From the NCBI GenBank assembly GCA_044450345.1, contig JBIOIY010000039.1, forward strand, positions 1-29,735: a DNA stretch of 29,735 nt. Direction: 5' to 3'. Positions 8,690-17,882 of the stretch are shown one piece after another. The DNA is from Thermodesulfovibrionales bacterium (GTDB taxonomy: Bacteria; Nitrospirota; Thermodesulfovibrionia; Thermodesulfovibrionales; UBA6898). The position numbers and the translations under genes were made by a program. Each line of letters opens with the position of its first letter. Position 1 is the first letter of the stretch. The notes under the pieces were generated by a model. That model ran no database searches. It worked only from the letters and a program-made list of their open reading frames with translations, and was not told where the DNA came from.

Positions 8690-9384
8690 AAAAAATTATC
8701 GCGATAGACGGCCCTTCAGGCGCCGGCAAGAGTACTATCGCCAAACTTCTGGCGGAAGAGCTGGGGTTCGAATACCTCGACACAGGGGCCCTTTATAGGG
8801 CGACCGCCCTTAATCTGGTGAGGCTCGGCCTCGACGAAAAAGCGCCGGACAATGCCATAACCGCCGCCCTCGAAAAGACCGAGGTCGAATTCGAAAAAGG
8901 GAGGGTGCTCCTGAATGGTGAAGACGTGTCAGAGGAGATACGGTCTCCTCTGGCAGGCCATTATGCCTCAGTGTTTTCCGCGCGGGGCCCTGTACGCGCG
9001 TTTCTTCTTCAGACCCAGAGAAACGCCTCAGTAAAGGCCGATCTTGTTGCTGAGGGACGCGATATGACTACGGTAGTTTTCCCGGAAGCGTTTATAAAAA
9101 TTTACCTCGACGCGTCGGTCGAAGAACGTACGAGGCGGCGCACCGCGGAGCTGATCGCAAAGGAGTTTGCCGTCGACGAAGAGCGCGTCCGCGCCGAAAT
9201 AATCGAACGCGACGCCAGGGACTCGGGCAGGGAACTCGCGCCTCTCAAGAAGGCGGACGACGCCTGTTATGTCGACTCGACAGGGCTGTCGAAAGAAGAG
9301 GTATTGCGAAGGATCATTGAGCTTGTCGGGGGCGGTAAGGAGCTAAAAGACCGGCCAAAGACAGTGAAAAGTGGGTTACAATAA
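8686..9384 (+). CDS. cmk: Cytidylate kinase
   Basis: IAIDGPSGAGKST, LDTGALYR, EGRDMTTVVFP, RDARDSGR. Confidence 0.97.
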   Translation: MKKIIAIDGPSGAGKSTIAKLLAEELGFEYLDTGALYRATALNLVRLGLDEKAPDNAITAALEKTEVEFEKGRVLLNGEDVSEEIRSPLAGHYASVFSARGPVRAFLLQTQRNASVKADLVAEGRDMTTVVFPEAFIKIYLDASVEERTRRRTAELIAKEFAVDEERVRAEIIERDARDSGRELAPLKKADDACYVDSTGLSKEEVLRRIIELVGGGKELKDRPKTVKSGLQ

Positions 9385-9395
9385 TAAGAAGACGC

Positions 9396-10286
9396 ATGAA
9401 AAAAGAGACAAAAAAAAAGGGAAAAACCGGGAACCCGGCATTTGAGGCCGTCATTGCGAAGAGGGCGGGTTTTTGCTTCGGCGTAAAGCGGGCGATCGAT
9501 ATCACCTTTGACATCGCCAAGAAGGACAAAAAGGGTGTATTTACGCTCGGCCCCATCATACACAACCCGCAGGTTATAGAGAGGCTCAGGGGGAAGGGGA
9601 TATCCCCTATAGAAGCCGGTGATATCGAGAACAAGAAGATCAAGGCGCTCATTATAAGAACTCATGGAATACCCAATCAGCTCTATGATAATATAACGGC
9701 ACGCGGCTTCAGGATAATAGACGCCACCTGCCCCTTCGTGAAAAAGGCGCAGCGTTATGCTAAACTTCTTAAGGAAAGCGGGTACCAGGTGGTCATACTG
9801 GGAGACATCAATCATCCTGAAGTGAAGGGCCTCATGAGCTACGCGGGCGAAGACGTCATCGTAGTGGATGAAAACACCCGTCTCCAGGGGCTTAGATCGA
9901 AAGTGGGAATCATCGTGCAGACCACTCAACCGGTCGAAGCATTGAAAAAGGTCCTTTCGAAAGTGGTCGATCACGCGAAGGAGATAAAGGTCTATAATAC
10001 GATATGCAATTCGACGGCACTGCGCCTTAAAGAGACAGAAGACATGTCTCATAAGGTCGATGTGATGATCGTCGTAGGGGGCAAGAACAGTGCAAACACC
10101 ACTCAACTTGCAAACCTTTGCAAGGGCCTTAACGTCACGACCTACCACGTCGAGACCGCCTCGGAGATCGAGGACGAATGGTTCAGCTGCGCAAAAAAGG
10201 TGGGCGTCACTGCGGGCGCATCCACGCCGGACTGGATTATCAGAGAAGTAGAAAAAAGATTGAGAGATATAGGGGGAACGCATTAA
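9396..10286 (+). CDS. ispH: HMBPP reductase (LytB)
   Basis: Three Fe-S cysteines in GFCFGV, DATCPFV, NTICNST; also HNP, HPEV, SANT, TAGASTP. Confidence 0.97.
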   Translation: MKKETKKKGKTGNPAFEAVIAKRAGFCFGVKRAIDITFDIAKKDKKGVFTLGPIIHNPQVIERLRGKGISPIEAGDIENKKIKALIIRTHGIPNQLYDNITARGFRIIDATCPFVKKAQRYAKLLKESGYQVVILGDINHPEVKGLMSYAGEDVIVVDENTRLQGLRSKVGIIVQTTQPVEALKKVLSKVVDHAKEIKVYNTICNSTALRLKETEDMSHKVDVMIVVGGKNSANTTQLANLCKGLNVTTYHVETASEIEDEWFSCAKKVGVTAGASTPDWIIREVEKRLRDIGGTH

Positions 10287-11863
10287 TGGAAACCGACAAC
10301 GAAATGGAGCGGCTCTATGCCGAGACTTTCCAGAGAATCGAAGAAGGAGGTATACGCTCCGGAAAGATAGTTGCCATCAAGCCAGACTGCGTCATCGTAG
10401 ACATCGGCTACAAAACGGAGGGGGTCATACGCATCGGGGAATTTACCGAGGAAGAGCTGCGTGCCCTGAAGCCGGGGGACAAGATCGAGGTCTATGTCAT
10501 CACCATGAGGGATTCCGAAGGGGTCATCAGTCTTTCGAAAGAGCGCGCTTCAAAAATGAAGATATGGGACGTCCTCGAAATGGCCGTCCGGGACGGCACC
10601 CCGGTGGAGGGCGTGATAACGGAAAAGACGAAGGGCGGCCTTACCGTAGATATCGGCGGCGTAATGGCATTTCTCCCGGGATCGCAGATCGATATTAAAG
10701 TGACAAGGGACGCTGATGCGCTGCTGAAACAGAAAATGCTCTTCAAGGTGCTGAAGATCAACAACAAGAGGTCCAACGTCATCGTATCGCGCAGGGCGCT
10801 GCTCGAAGAGGAAAGGGTCAAAAAGAAAGGCGAGACAATAGGCAAAATAAAGGAAGGGGCCGTCTTTGAAGGGTTCGTCAAGAACATTACCGACTACGGC
10901 GTATTTGTAGATCTCGGGGGCATCGACGGCCTTCTGCACATATCGGATATCTCGTGGGGAAGGATCACGCACCCTTCGGAGTTTTTCGCCATCGGCGACA
11001 AGATAGAGGTGGTCGTCCTCAAATACGACGAGGCCAGTGAGAGGATAACCCTGGGTTACAAGCAGAAGCAGACGGACCCGTGGGAAAACGTACAGGAGAA
11101 ATACCCCGTCGGCCAGAAGGTCAAGGGGAAGATAGTCAGCATCACTGATTACGGCGCATTCATCGAACTCGAGGACGGTCTTGAGGGCCTGATTCATATC
11201 TCCGAGCTTGACTGGACACCAAAGCCCAAACATCCGTCAAAGTACCTTTCTATCGGCGAAACGGTCGAGGCCATTGTGCTGAAGGTAGACAGGGCAGAGA
11301 GAAAGCTCTCTCTCAGCATCAAGCAATGCAAGCCAAGCCCCTGGCAGCTGATCAGCGAACGCTACGCTGTCGGGCAGAAGATCTCCGGCAAGTTGAAAAG
11401 CCTCACCGACTTCGGGGCTTTTGTAGGACTGCCAGAAGGGGTGGACGGCCTTATCCATATATCCGACCTCTCGTGGACAAAGCATATCAAACACCCTTCG
11501 GAGATACTCAAGAAAGGGCAGAAGGTGGACGCCGTGATACTTGCGATCGACACCGAGCATGAGAAGATGTCGCTCGGACTCAAACAGATCGAACAGGACC
11601 CATGGATCGAGGCAATCCCGTCCAAGTTCAAACTCGGTGATATCGTAAATGGAAAGGTATTAAGGGTCACCGACTTCGGGATATTCACGGAACTGGAAGG
11701 AGGGGTCGAGGGCCTCATTTATTCTTCAGAGATCGTCCCGCCCCAAGGCGGGGACGAACAATTCAAGGAAGGGGACGTGGTCGCCGCACGTATCATCAAA
11801 ATAGATCTTGAGGAGAGGAAGATAGGGCTCAGCATGAAAAATATCAAAAGGACGGATGAATGA
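10286..11863 (+). CDS. rpsA: 30S ribosomal protein S1
   Basis: Repeated S1 domains (DYGVFVDLGGIDGLLHISDISW etc.); start METDNE at 10286 overlaps the ispH stop (TAATG). Confidence 0.97.
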   Translation: METDNEMERLYAETFQRIEEGGIRSGKIVAIKPDCVIVDIGYKTEGVIRIGEFTEEELRALKPGDKIEVYVITMRDSEGVISLSKERASKMKIWDVLEMAVRDGTPVEGVITEKTKGGLTVDIGGVMAFLPGSQIDIKVTRDADALLKQKMLFKVLKINNKRSNVIVSRRALLEEERVKKKGETIGKIKEGAVFEGFVKNITDYGVFVDLGGIDGLLHISDISWGRITHPSEFFAIGDKIEVVVLKYDEASERITLGYKQKQTDPWENVQEKYPVGQKVKGKIVSITDYGAFIELEDGLEGLIHISELDWTPKPKHPSKYLSIGETVEAIVLKVDRAERKLSLSIKQCKPSPWQLISERYAVGQKISGKLKSLTDFGAFVGLPEGVDGLIHISDLSWTKHIKHPSEILKKGQKVDAVILAIDTEHEKMSLGLKQIEQDPWIEAIPSKFKLGDIVNGKVLRVTDFGIFTELEGGVEGLIYSSEIVPPQGGDEQFKEGDVVAARIIKIDLEERKIGLSMKNIKRTDE

Positions 11864-12708
11864 AGAAACTCTGCCTTATCATCGGCGCGCTCGTCCTGAT
11901 CCTCATCGCCATCAGTCTTACGCTGACGCTGTTTCAGAAGAACATCACCCTCAAGAGCAAGGTCGCGCTTGTGAGGATAGAGGGTCCCATACTCGATTCC
12001 AAGAACGCAGTTGAAGAGATCAAGGAATTCGGCAAGGACAGCTCGATCAAGGCGATCATCCTCAGGATCGACAGCCCGGGCGGCGCAGTCGCACCTTCCC
12101 AGGAGATCTATTCCGAGGTCAAAAAGGCGGCAGCCAAGAAAGCGGTGGTCGTCTCTATGGGGTCGATCGCGGCTTCGGGGGGCTACTACATCGCCTGTCC
12201 CGCGACGAGGATAATCGCGAACCCCGGCACGCTCACCGGCTCGATAGGCGTCATCATGGAAATACCCAACATCGAAGGCCTCCTTACCAAGATCGGCGTC
12301 AAGACCGAGGTGATTAAGGCCGGGAAAAACAAAGACATAGGTTCTGCCTTCCGCGAGATGAAACCTGAGGAAAGAGAACTGCTCCAGGGTGTCATGGACA
12401 ACGTCCATGAGCAGTTCATAAAGGCCGTGGCCGAAGGGAGAAAACTCAAGATTGAGGACGTAAGGGCGTTCGCCGACGGCAGGATATTCACGGGCGAACA
12501 GGCAGTCGAGAAGGGCCTCGTCAATGAGCTCGGCACGCTTGAGGATGCGACAAAGATTGCCGCAAAACTCGGGGGCATAAAGGAGGAACCCGAGGTCGTG
12601 ATAAAAAAGGACAAGGTCTCTTTTTTTGAGCTGCTCAGAAACAATTTTCCGAAGGAAATCCTGGATGTGTTTCCGTCGGCAAAAATAAAATATCTTTATT
12701 CACCCTAA
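11860..12708 (+). CDS. sppA: Signal peptide peptidase SppA (S49)
   Basis: N-terminal TM segment, LRIDSPGG, AASGGYYIA, TGSIGVI, DGRIFTG. Confidence 0.95.
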   Translation: MKKLCLIIGALVLILIAISLTLTLFQKNITLKSKVALVRIEGPILDSKNAVEEIKEFGKDSSIKAIILRIDSPGGAVAPSQEIYSEVKKAAAKKAVVVSMGSIAASGGYYIACPATRIIANPGTLTGSIGVIMEIPNIEGLLTKIGVKTEVIKAGKNKDIGSAFREMKPEERELLQGVMDNVHEQFIKAVAEGRKLKIEDVRAFADGRIFTGEQAVEKGLVNELGTLEDATKIAAKLGGIKEEPEVVIKKDKVSFFELLRNNFPKEILDVFPSAKIKYLYSP

Positions 12709-12717
12709 GGAGGTCTC

Positions 12718-13029
12718 ATGACAAAATCGGTTCTTATCGAGAAGGTCTCGGAAAAAGTCGAGGGGCTCACCAGAAACCAGACGGAGATCGTGGTCGACAC
12801 CGTATTCGACAGCATCAAGAAGGCCCTTATGCAAGGTGAGAAGATAGAGATAAGGGGCTTTGGGAACTTCAGGTTGAAGACGAGAAACCCGAGGAAGGCG
12901 AGGAACCCCAAGACCGGCGAAAGCGTCGAAGTCCCGGGTAAGAAGGTCCTCTACTTTAAGGTCGGCAAGGCACTCAAGGAGACCCTCAACAAAGAAGAGG
13001 CGGCTGGCGGCCAGCCCGTCAACCAATAA
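12718..13029 (+). CDS. ihfB: Integration host factor beta / HU family
   Basis: MTKSVLI...IEIRGFGNF...ARNPKTGE...FKVGKALK; AAGGAGG RBS; usual position after rpsA-sppA. Confidence 0.9.
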   Translation: MTKSVLIEKVSEKVEGLTRNQTEIVVDTVFDSIKKALMQGEKIEIRGFGNFRLKTRNPRKARNPKTGESVEVPGKKVLYFKVGKALKETLNKEEAAGGQPVNQ

Positions 13030-13053
13030 GAAATCATTTCATGTTTTTTGAAG

Positions 13054-13084
13054 GGCGGGAAAATCCCGCCTTTTTCATTTTTTT
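13054..13084 (+). terminator. Intrinsic terminator of the aro-rpsA-ihfB operon
   Basis: GGCGGGA-aaa-TCCCGCC followed by T-tracts. Confidence 0.85.
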
Positions 13085-13120
13085 ACCGGGAATCAAGAGA
13101 TAATCCGGAGGTGAAACAAG

Positions 13121-13366
13121 ATGATAGATTTGCAGTATTCATTAACGATTGAGGCTACAGAGGAACCGGACTATTTCGGTTTCAATTCTCCTGACCTGCG
13201 CGGCTTTTCCGGCATTGGGCATTCGATTGAGGACTGCATCTACAAGGCAAAATGGGGCCTGATTGAGCATGTGAATCTGCTTAAAGAGCAAGGGTTGCCC
13301 GTTCCGCCGATAAATCCAAACCCCAAGATCATAATTCAGAATGAAGAAAAATTAGCGGTCGCCTGA
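13121..13366 (+). CDS. HicB-family antitoxin (short form), no intact toxin partner seen
   Basis: YSLTIE...YFGFNSPDLRGFSGIGHSIEDC...LKEQGLPVP resembles the HicB N-terminal pattern; GGAGGTG RBS. Confidence 0.7.
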   Translation: MIDLQYSLTIEATEEPDYFGFNSPDLRGFSGIGHSIEDCIYKAKWGLIEHVNLLKEQGLPVPPINPNPKIIIQNEEKLAVA

Positions 13367-13814
13367 CGGGTCATACACCCGCCCGCTGGCAGCCCACCCC
13401 CCTTCCCGCTCGTCTTCAACTTCATCATTCCCGCGTCAGCCCCGGACATTGTCAAGAATCTTTCGCACTTTCGTCTGTTGGAAGATCCGATGGCAACTGT
13501 TCACAGTAATACTCGCGAATTCCGATCTGTCATAACTAAGGATTATTTTCCGTACTATGCACAGCCCTTTTGCGGTGTCCACCGACCATTCCATAGTTTC
13601 AGCCGGACGAAACTATGTGAAGATTACGAACGGAATAGGAGACTTTTCAAAAAACCTGAAGGCGCGTGTTTCAGCCACTACTACTCATTTTCCAAGTTAG
13701 TAAATGACTCTCAATTACGAGATGAATGATGCACTGCTACGATTACGATGTCCGATTGAAAAGAGGTAACCAGCGAGCTTCAACCCTGCATCCACCAATA
13801 TCACACCATTTTTT

Positions 13815-14747
13815 TCATAAAGCTTTCTCCTCCACTACCACACAACTTACTTCAACCCGGTTTCGCCCCTTCTCTTTCGCCCGGTAGAGGGCCGTGTCGG
13901 CTTCCCGGATGAGGGAATCCATATCAGCTCTCTTTTGTCCGCTGCTCACGGCCGCCCCGATACTGATTCTGCAGGAAATTATCCCCTCCGGGGTGTCCAT
14001 CGCGTCGTGACATATACATAGGCGCAGCCTTTCGGCAAGATCGAAGATACTCTCGCTGTCACACCCCGGCGCCACAAGGAGGAATTCCTCTCCGCCATAG
14101 CGGCCGATGGCATCGTACGGCCGCATCACTGCGGTCATACGTTTTGCGGTGAGACGAAGCACCGCATCCCCGGCCTGATGGCCATAGGTGTCATTGACTG
14201 TCTTGAAGTGATCGAGGTCGGCCATTAGTACGCCTACGCATGTCCCCTCCCGCGCGGCCCTTTCCATCTCAATCCCGAGGATTTGAAGGATCTCCTCATG
14301 GTTGCAAAGGCCCGTAAGCGGATCGTGGATCGCCTTTGCCCGGAGCACTTCGCGGGCTTCGATGAGTTCATCCTGGAGTTCGAGAATCCGCCTCCCCGCC
14401 CTCAGACGAACCTTCAGCTCATTGGATCTGAACGGCTTGGTGATATAATCGTCGGCTCCTGCCTCCATCCCTATTACTATATCTTCTTCCCTCTGGAGTG
14501 TCGTGAGAAGGATTATATATGTATAAGGTTCCCTTGATTCCTTTCTGACTCTTCGGCAAACCTCTACCCCGTCGATTTCCGGCATCATCCAATCAAGTAC
14601 CGCCATACTGGGCGCATCTTTGGCTCTGAGGGTATTCCACGCCTCTTCCCCGTTGCAGGTAATGACTACATCATACCCCCACTTGGTCAGTTTGGCTTCA
14701 AGAAGACGCCGCGAAACAGCGTCATCCTCCGCGATCAGTATCCTCAT
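13815..14747 (-). CDS. Response regulator diguanylate cyclase (REC-GGDEF)
   Basis: MRILIAEDD...VLDWMMP...ITKP (REC); HDPLTGL, DLDHFKTVNDTYGH, RPYD I-site, RYGGEEF. Start at 14747 with GGAGGAAAGG RBS. Confidence 0.95.
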   Translation of the reverse strand: MRILIAEDDAVSRRLLEAKLTKWGYDVVITCNGEEAWNTLRAKDAPSMAVLDWMMPEIDGVEVCRRVRKESREPYTYIILLTTLQREEDIVIGMEAGADDYITKPFRSNELKVRLRAGRRILELQDELIEAREVLRAKAIHDPLTGLCNHEEILQILGIEMERAAREGTCVGVLMADLDHFKTVNDTYGHQAGDAVLRLTAKRMTAVMRPYDAIGRYGGEEFLLVAPGCDSESIFDLAERLRLCICHDAMDTPEGIISCRISIGAAVSSGQKRADMDSLIREADTALYRAKEKGRNRVEVSCVVVEEKAL

Positions 14748-17700
14748 GTTCCTTTCCTCCTGCAAATTGATCGAGCGCCCAGAGCAGTCGCTCGATTTCC
14801 TTTTCAAGGGAAGCCAGACCTTCTTTCGCTCCAGCAAGGTCTCCTTTCTTGCCCATCATCTCAAGGGCCGTGGCGTACTCACGGACCACCGGGGCGCCGA
14901 AGTTCCCGACCACGCCTTTCAACCCGTGAGCCGCGCGGCTGAGCACAGCCGGGCTCTCCTCGCCGATGGCGCAACGGATCTCCGAGATCAGGACTGGGCA
15001 CTCCTTGGCAAAGATTTTCACCACCTCCCCAAGGAGCACTCTGTCTCCGTCCACGGAGGCGAGGGCGGTCTCCATATCGAAGACATCTATTCCAATTGCT
15101 TCGGGCCCTGGTGCGGCATTTTCCGTGTGCGCCCGGAGTCCCGGAATAAGTCCTTCGATGACGGAGAATAGCTCAGAGGCCTTGAGGGGTTTGGAGACAT
15201 AGCCGTCCATGCCAGCGTTCAGGCACATCTCCCTGTCCCCTTTCATGGCGTGCGCAGTAAGGGCGATGATCGGGACGTGTCCTCCCGCAGCCTTTTCTTT
15301 TTCGCGAATGACCGCGGTCGCCTCAATCCCGTCCATCTCCGGCATTTGTATATCCATGAGGATGAGATCAAAGGGTTTTTCGTTTTCAACCGCGGAAGCC
15401 GCTTTTTTTCCATCTTCTGCGACAACCACCGCATGACCGCGTTTTTCTAGCATAGACACGGCTATCTTGCGGTTTACCGCGTTGTCTTCGGCAAGGAGCA
15501 CCCTCAAACAGCCCCGGCCCTCCCGCAGGGTGTGACGGGTAACAAGGCGTGTTCGGTCTTCCGCTTCACATGCGCCCAGCACAGTCATGATCGCGTCCAT
15601 GAGAGATGATTGTTTGATCGGTTTGGTCAGATAGGCCGCCACGCCCAGCTCGCGGCAGCGCACAGCGTCGCCTCTCTGGCCCGAGGAGGTGAGCATCATG
15701 ATCGTCGTCTTCCTTGGCTCGTGATGTTGACGTACTCTCTCCACGAGCTCAAAACCGTCCATAACGGGCATATTGACATCGAGGAGAAGGAGGCGGAAAG
15801 GCTCCCCTCTTTGTGCAGCCTCATCTATCATCATGAGCGCTGACTGGCCGCTGTCTGCGGTAAAAGGGTTCATGCGCCAGTTTCTGAGCACATCTTCAAG
15901 AATGCGCCTGTTCGTTGCGTTATCGTCCACTATGAGTACAGGCAGGTCCTGAAGATTCGCCCGCTCTTCAGGTATCCACTTCGGGAGAGGAACCTTCTGG
16001 AGTCCGAACCGAATGGTGAAGTGGAAGGCGCTTCCCTTGTCGGCCTCGCTTTTCACCCATATGCGGCCCCCCATCATTTCGACCAGTCGGGAAGATATGG
16101 TGAGCCCGAGGCCGGTGCCGCCATACCTGCGAGAGGTGGAGGCGTCAGCCTGGGCAAAGGCGTCAAAGATGCGTCTTTGTTTCTCAGGCGAGATGCCGAT
16201 TCCCGTGTCGGCGACTGTAAAGCGAAGTACAACATCGTCTTCACTCTTATCCTCCAGACTTACGGACACCACCACCTCACCCTTTTCGGTAAATTTTATG
16301 GCATTTCCCACAAGGTTGATTATGATCTGTCTTAGCCTGCCCGGGTCTCCAATCACCGCGTCAGGTATTTCCGGCGGAACGTGATAAGCGAGCTCAAGAC
16401 CCTTTTCCGAGGCCCGCAGCGCAAGGGTGTTCAATATATCGCCTATGCCGTCACGGAGGTTGAAGCCGGTGTTGTCAAGTTCGAGTTTCCGGGCCTCGAT
16501 CTTCGAGAAATCGAGGATATCATTTATTACGGACATCAATGATTCCGCAGACATATTTACAGCCTTCACATACTCCATCTGTTCCTTCGTAAGGTCTGTA
16601 TCCATGAGCAGATCTGTCATGCCGATGACGCCGTTCATGGGTGTCCTGATTTCATGACTCATATTGGCGAGAAACTCACTCTTGAGCCGGTTAGCCTCCT
16701 CCGACTCCTCCTTTGCGATACGCAGTTCCTCCTCTGCTCTTTTGCGTTCAGTGATATCTTGGGCCACGTAAACTATCCCCTCAATAAGATTATTGTCGGC
16801 CCGCATAACTGAGGCTGAAAGCAATACAGGTATCTTTTTGCCATCTTTTGCTAAGTATATCTTTTCACTGTTGCTGACGAAGCCCTTTTCGATCGCTGTA
16901 TTTATAAAACTCTCCCCCTGCGGTTCTTCCCTGAGAATGGTTCTAAAAGGCTGCCCGACAAGTTCTTTTTCTTCATACCCTAAAAGTGTGGAGGCGGCAG
17001 TATTCGCTCTGATGATCTTATTATCCGGAGAGGCAACTATCAGAGTGTCGGTCATACTCTTAATGATGTTATCCACATAATCTTTTGAAACGGTAGTCTT
17101 GTCCAATTCCTCAGCCATCTGATTAAAACTATCGAACATCATTTGCACCTCTCCGGCAGCTTTAATCTTAACCCTGGTTGAGAGATCCCCTTTAGCAAGA
17201 CGGGTAGAAGCATGGGCAAGCTCCCTAATCGGGTCCAGTATCAGTTTTTTTGACGCACCAAACAAACCGGAGCCAAGTGCGAACGCGACAACCAGATTGA
17301 GGACAACGACAAATAGTATGGACATTAAAATTTGATGGCGCACCCTATACTCCGACATGCCGATGGTAACGTTGCCGATAACATCGGCGTCTACTATGAC
17401 TGGAACTGAAATCTCCTCAACGGCCTCCCTGTTTTTGATGGCTGATAGGATATCCTGCAAGTCTGCCTCTTTTGAAATCTCTGACAGAATGACTTTCAGT
17501 CTCTGAGATTGATAATTGATACTGGCATATTGGGAAGTGACGAGGTTTCCCTTAACGTCCCGGATAACGGTATACATAATGTCTTCATCTCTATTCGCTT
17601 CGTTTACAAGGGAATCCAACCGCATGCCATCCTTCATGATCAGAGGGTCCTGGCCGAGCTTGGCGATGTAGGATGCAAGAGCTTGCCCCTTAGTTATTAG

Positions 17701-17832
17701 GGAATGCTTGAGCATATTCCTTTCGTTTACTGCAATTGTAGTGCTTAAGATAACTGTGCTGGCGATGAGAATGCCGACGATGATGCTCAAGAACCTGAAC
17801 CTTATGCCGTGTCGCAATTTAGTGGTAAACAT
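14722..17832 (-). CDS. Membrane hybrid sensor kinase (2 TM, periplasmic domain, HAMP, PAS, HisKA, HATPase, REC, REC, Hpt)
   Basis: FLANMSHEIRTPMNG H-box, NLVGNAIKFT, DTGIGI, GGTGLGL; two receivers (VDDN...DVNMP; AEDN...DIQMP); Hpt AAHGLKG. Confidence 0.95.
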   Translation of the reverse strand: MFTTKLRHGIRFRFLSIIVGILIASTVILSTTIAVNERNMLKHSLITKGQALASYIAKLGQDPLIMKDGMRLDSLVNEANRDEDIMYTVIRDVKGNLVTSQYASINYQSQRLKVILSEISKEADLQDILSAIKNREAVEEISVPVIVDADVIGNVTIGMSEYRVRHQILMSILFVVVLNLVVAFALGSGLFGASKKLILDPIRELAHASTRLAKGDLSTRVKIKAAGEVQMMFDSFNQMAEELDKTTVSKDYVDNIIKSMTDTLIVASPDNKIIRANTAASTLLGYEEKELVGQPFRTILREEPQGESFINTAIEKGFVSNSEKIYLAKDGKKIPVLLSASVMRADNNLIEGIVYVAQDITERKRAEEELRIAKEESEEANRLKSEFLANMSHEIRTPMNGVIGMTDLLMDTDLTKEQMEYVKAVNMSAESLMSVINDILDFSKIEARKLELDNTGFNLRDGIGDILNTLALRASEKGLELAYHVPPEIPDAVIGDPGRLRQIIINLVGNAIKFTEKGEVVVSVSLEDKSEDDVVLRFTVADTGIGISPEKQRRIFDAFAQADASTSRRYGGTGLGLTISSRLVEMMGGRIWVKSEADKGSAFHFTIRFGLQKVPLPKWIPEERANLQDLPVLIVDDNATNRRILEDVLRNWRMNPFTADSGQSALMMIDEAAQRGEPFRLLLLDVNMPVMDGFELVERVRQHHEPRKTTIMMLTSSGQRGDAVRCRELGVAAYLTKPIKQSSLMDAIMTVLGACEAEDRTRLVTRHTLREGRGCLRVLLAEDNAVNRKIAVSMLEKRGHAVVVAEDGKKAASAVENEKPFDLILMDIQMPEMDGIEATAVIREKEKAAGGHVPIIALTAHAMKGDREMCLNAGMDGYVSKPLKASELFSVIEGLIPGLRAHTENAAPGPEAIGIDVFDMETALASVDGDRVLLGEVVKIFAKECPVLISEIRCAIGEESPAVLSRAAHGLKGVVGNFGAPVVREYATALEMMGKKGDLAGAKEGLASLEKEIERLLWALDQFAGGKEHEDTDRGG

Positions 17833-17882
17833 TTCGGCTCTATCCTCCTCCCCTTATTAACACTGGGCCTTTCGCTGCACAA

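Noticed and set aside
10178..10285. rpsA N-terminal extension or IspH-RpsA fusion
   Set aside because: ispH ends with TAA overlapping the rpsA ATG in a different frame; ordinary translational coupling.
13478..13729. 83-aa ORF and a 9-bp hairpin (CATAGTTTC/GAAACTATG) in the hicB-DGC spacer
   Set aside because: TTG start without RBS and no motif; an isolated hairpin alone is not enough evidence.
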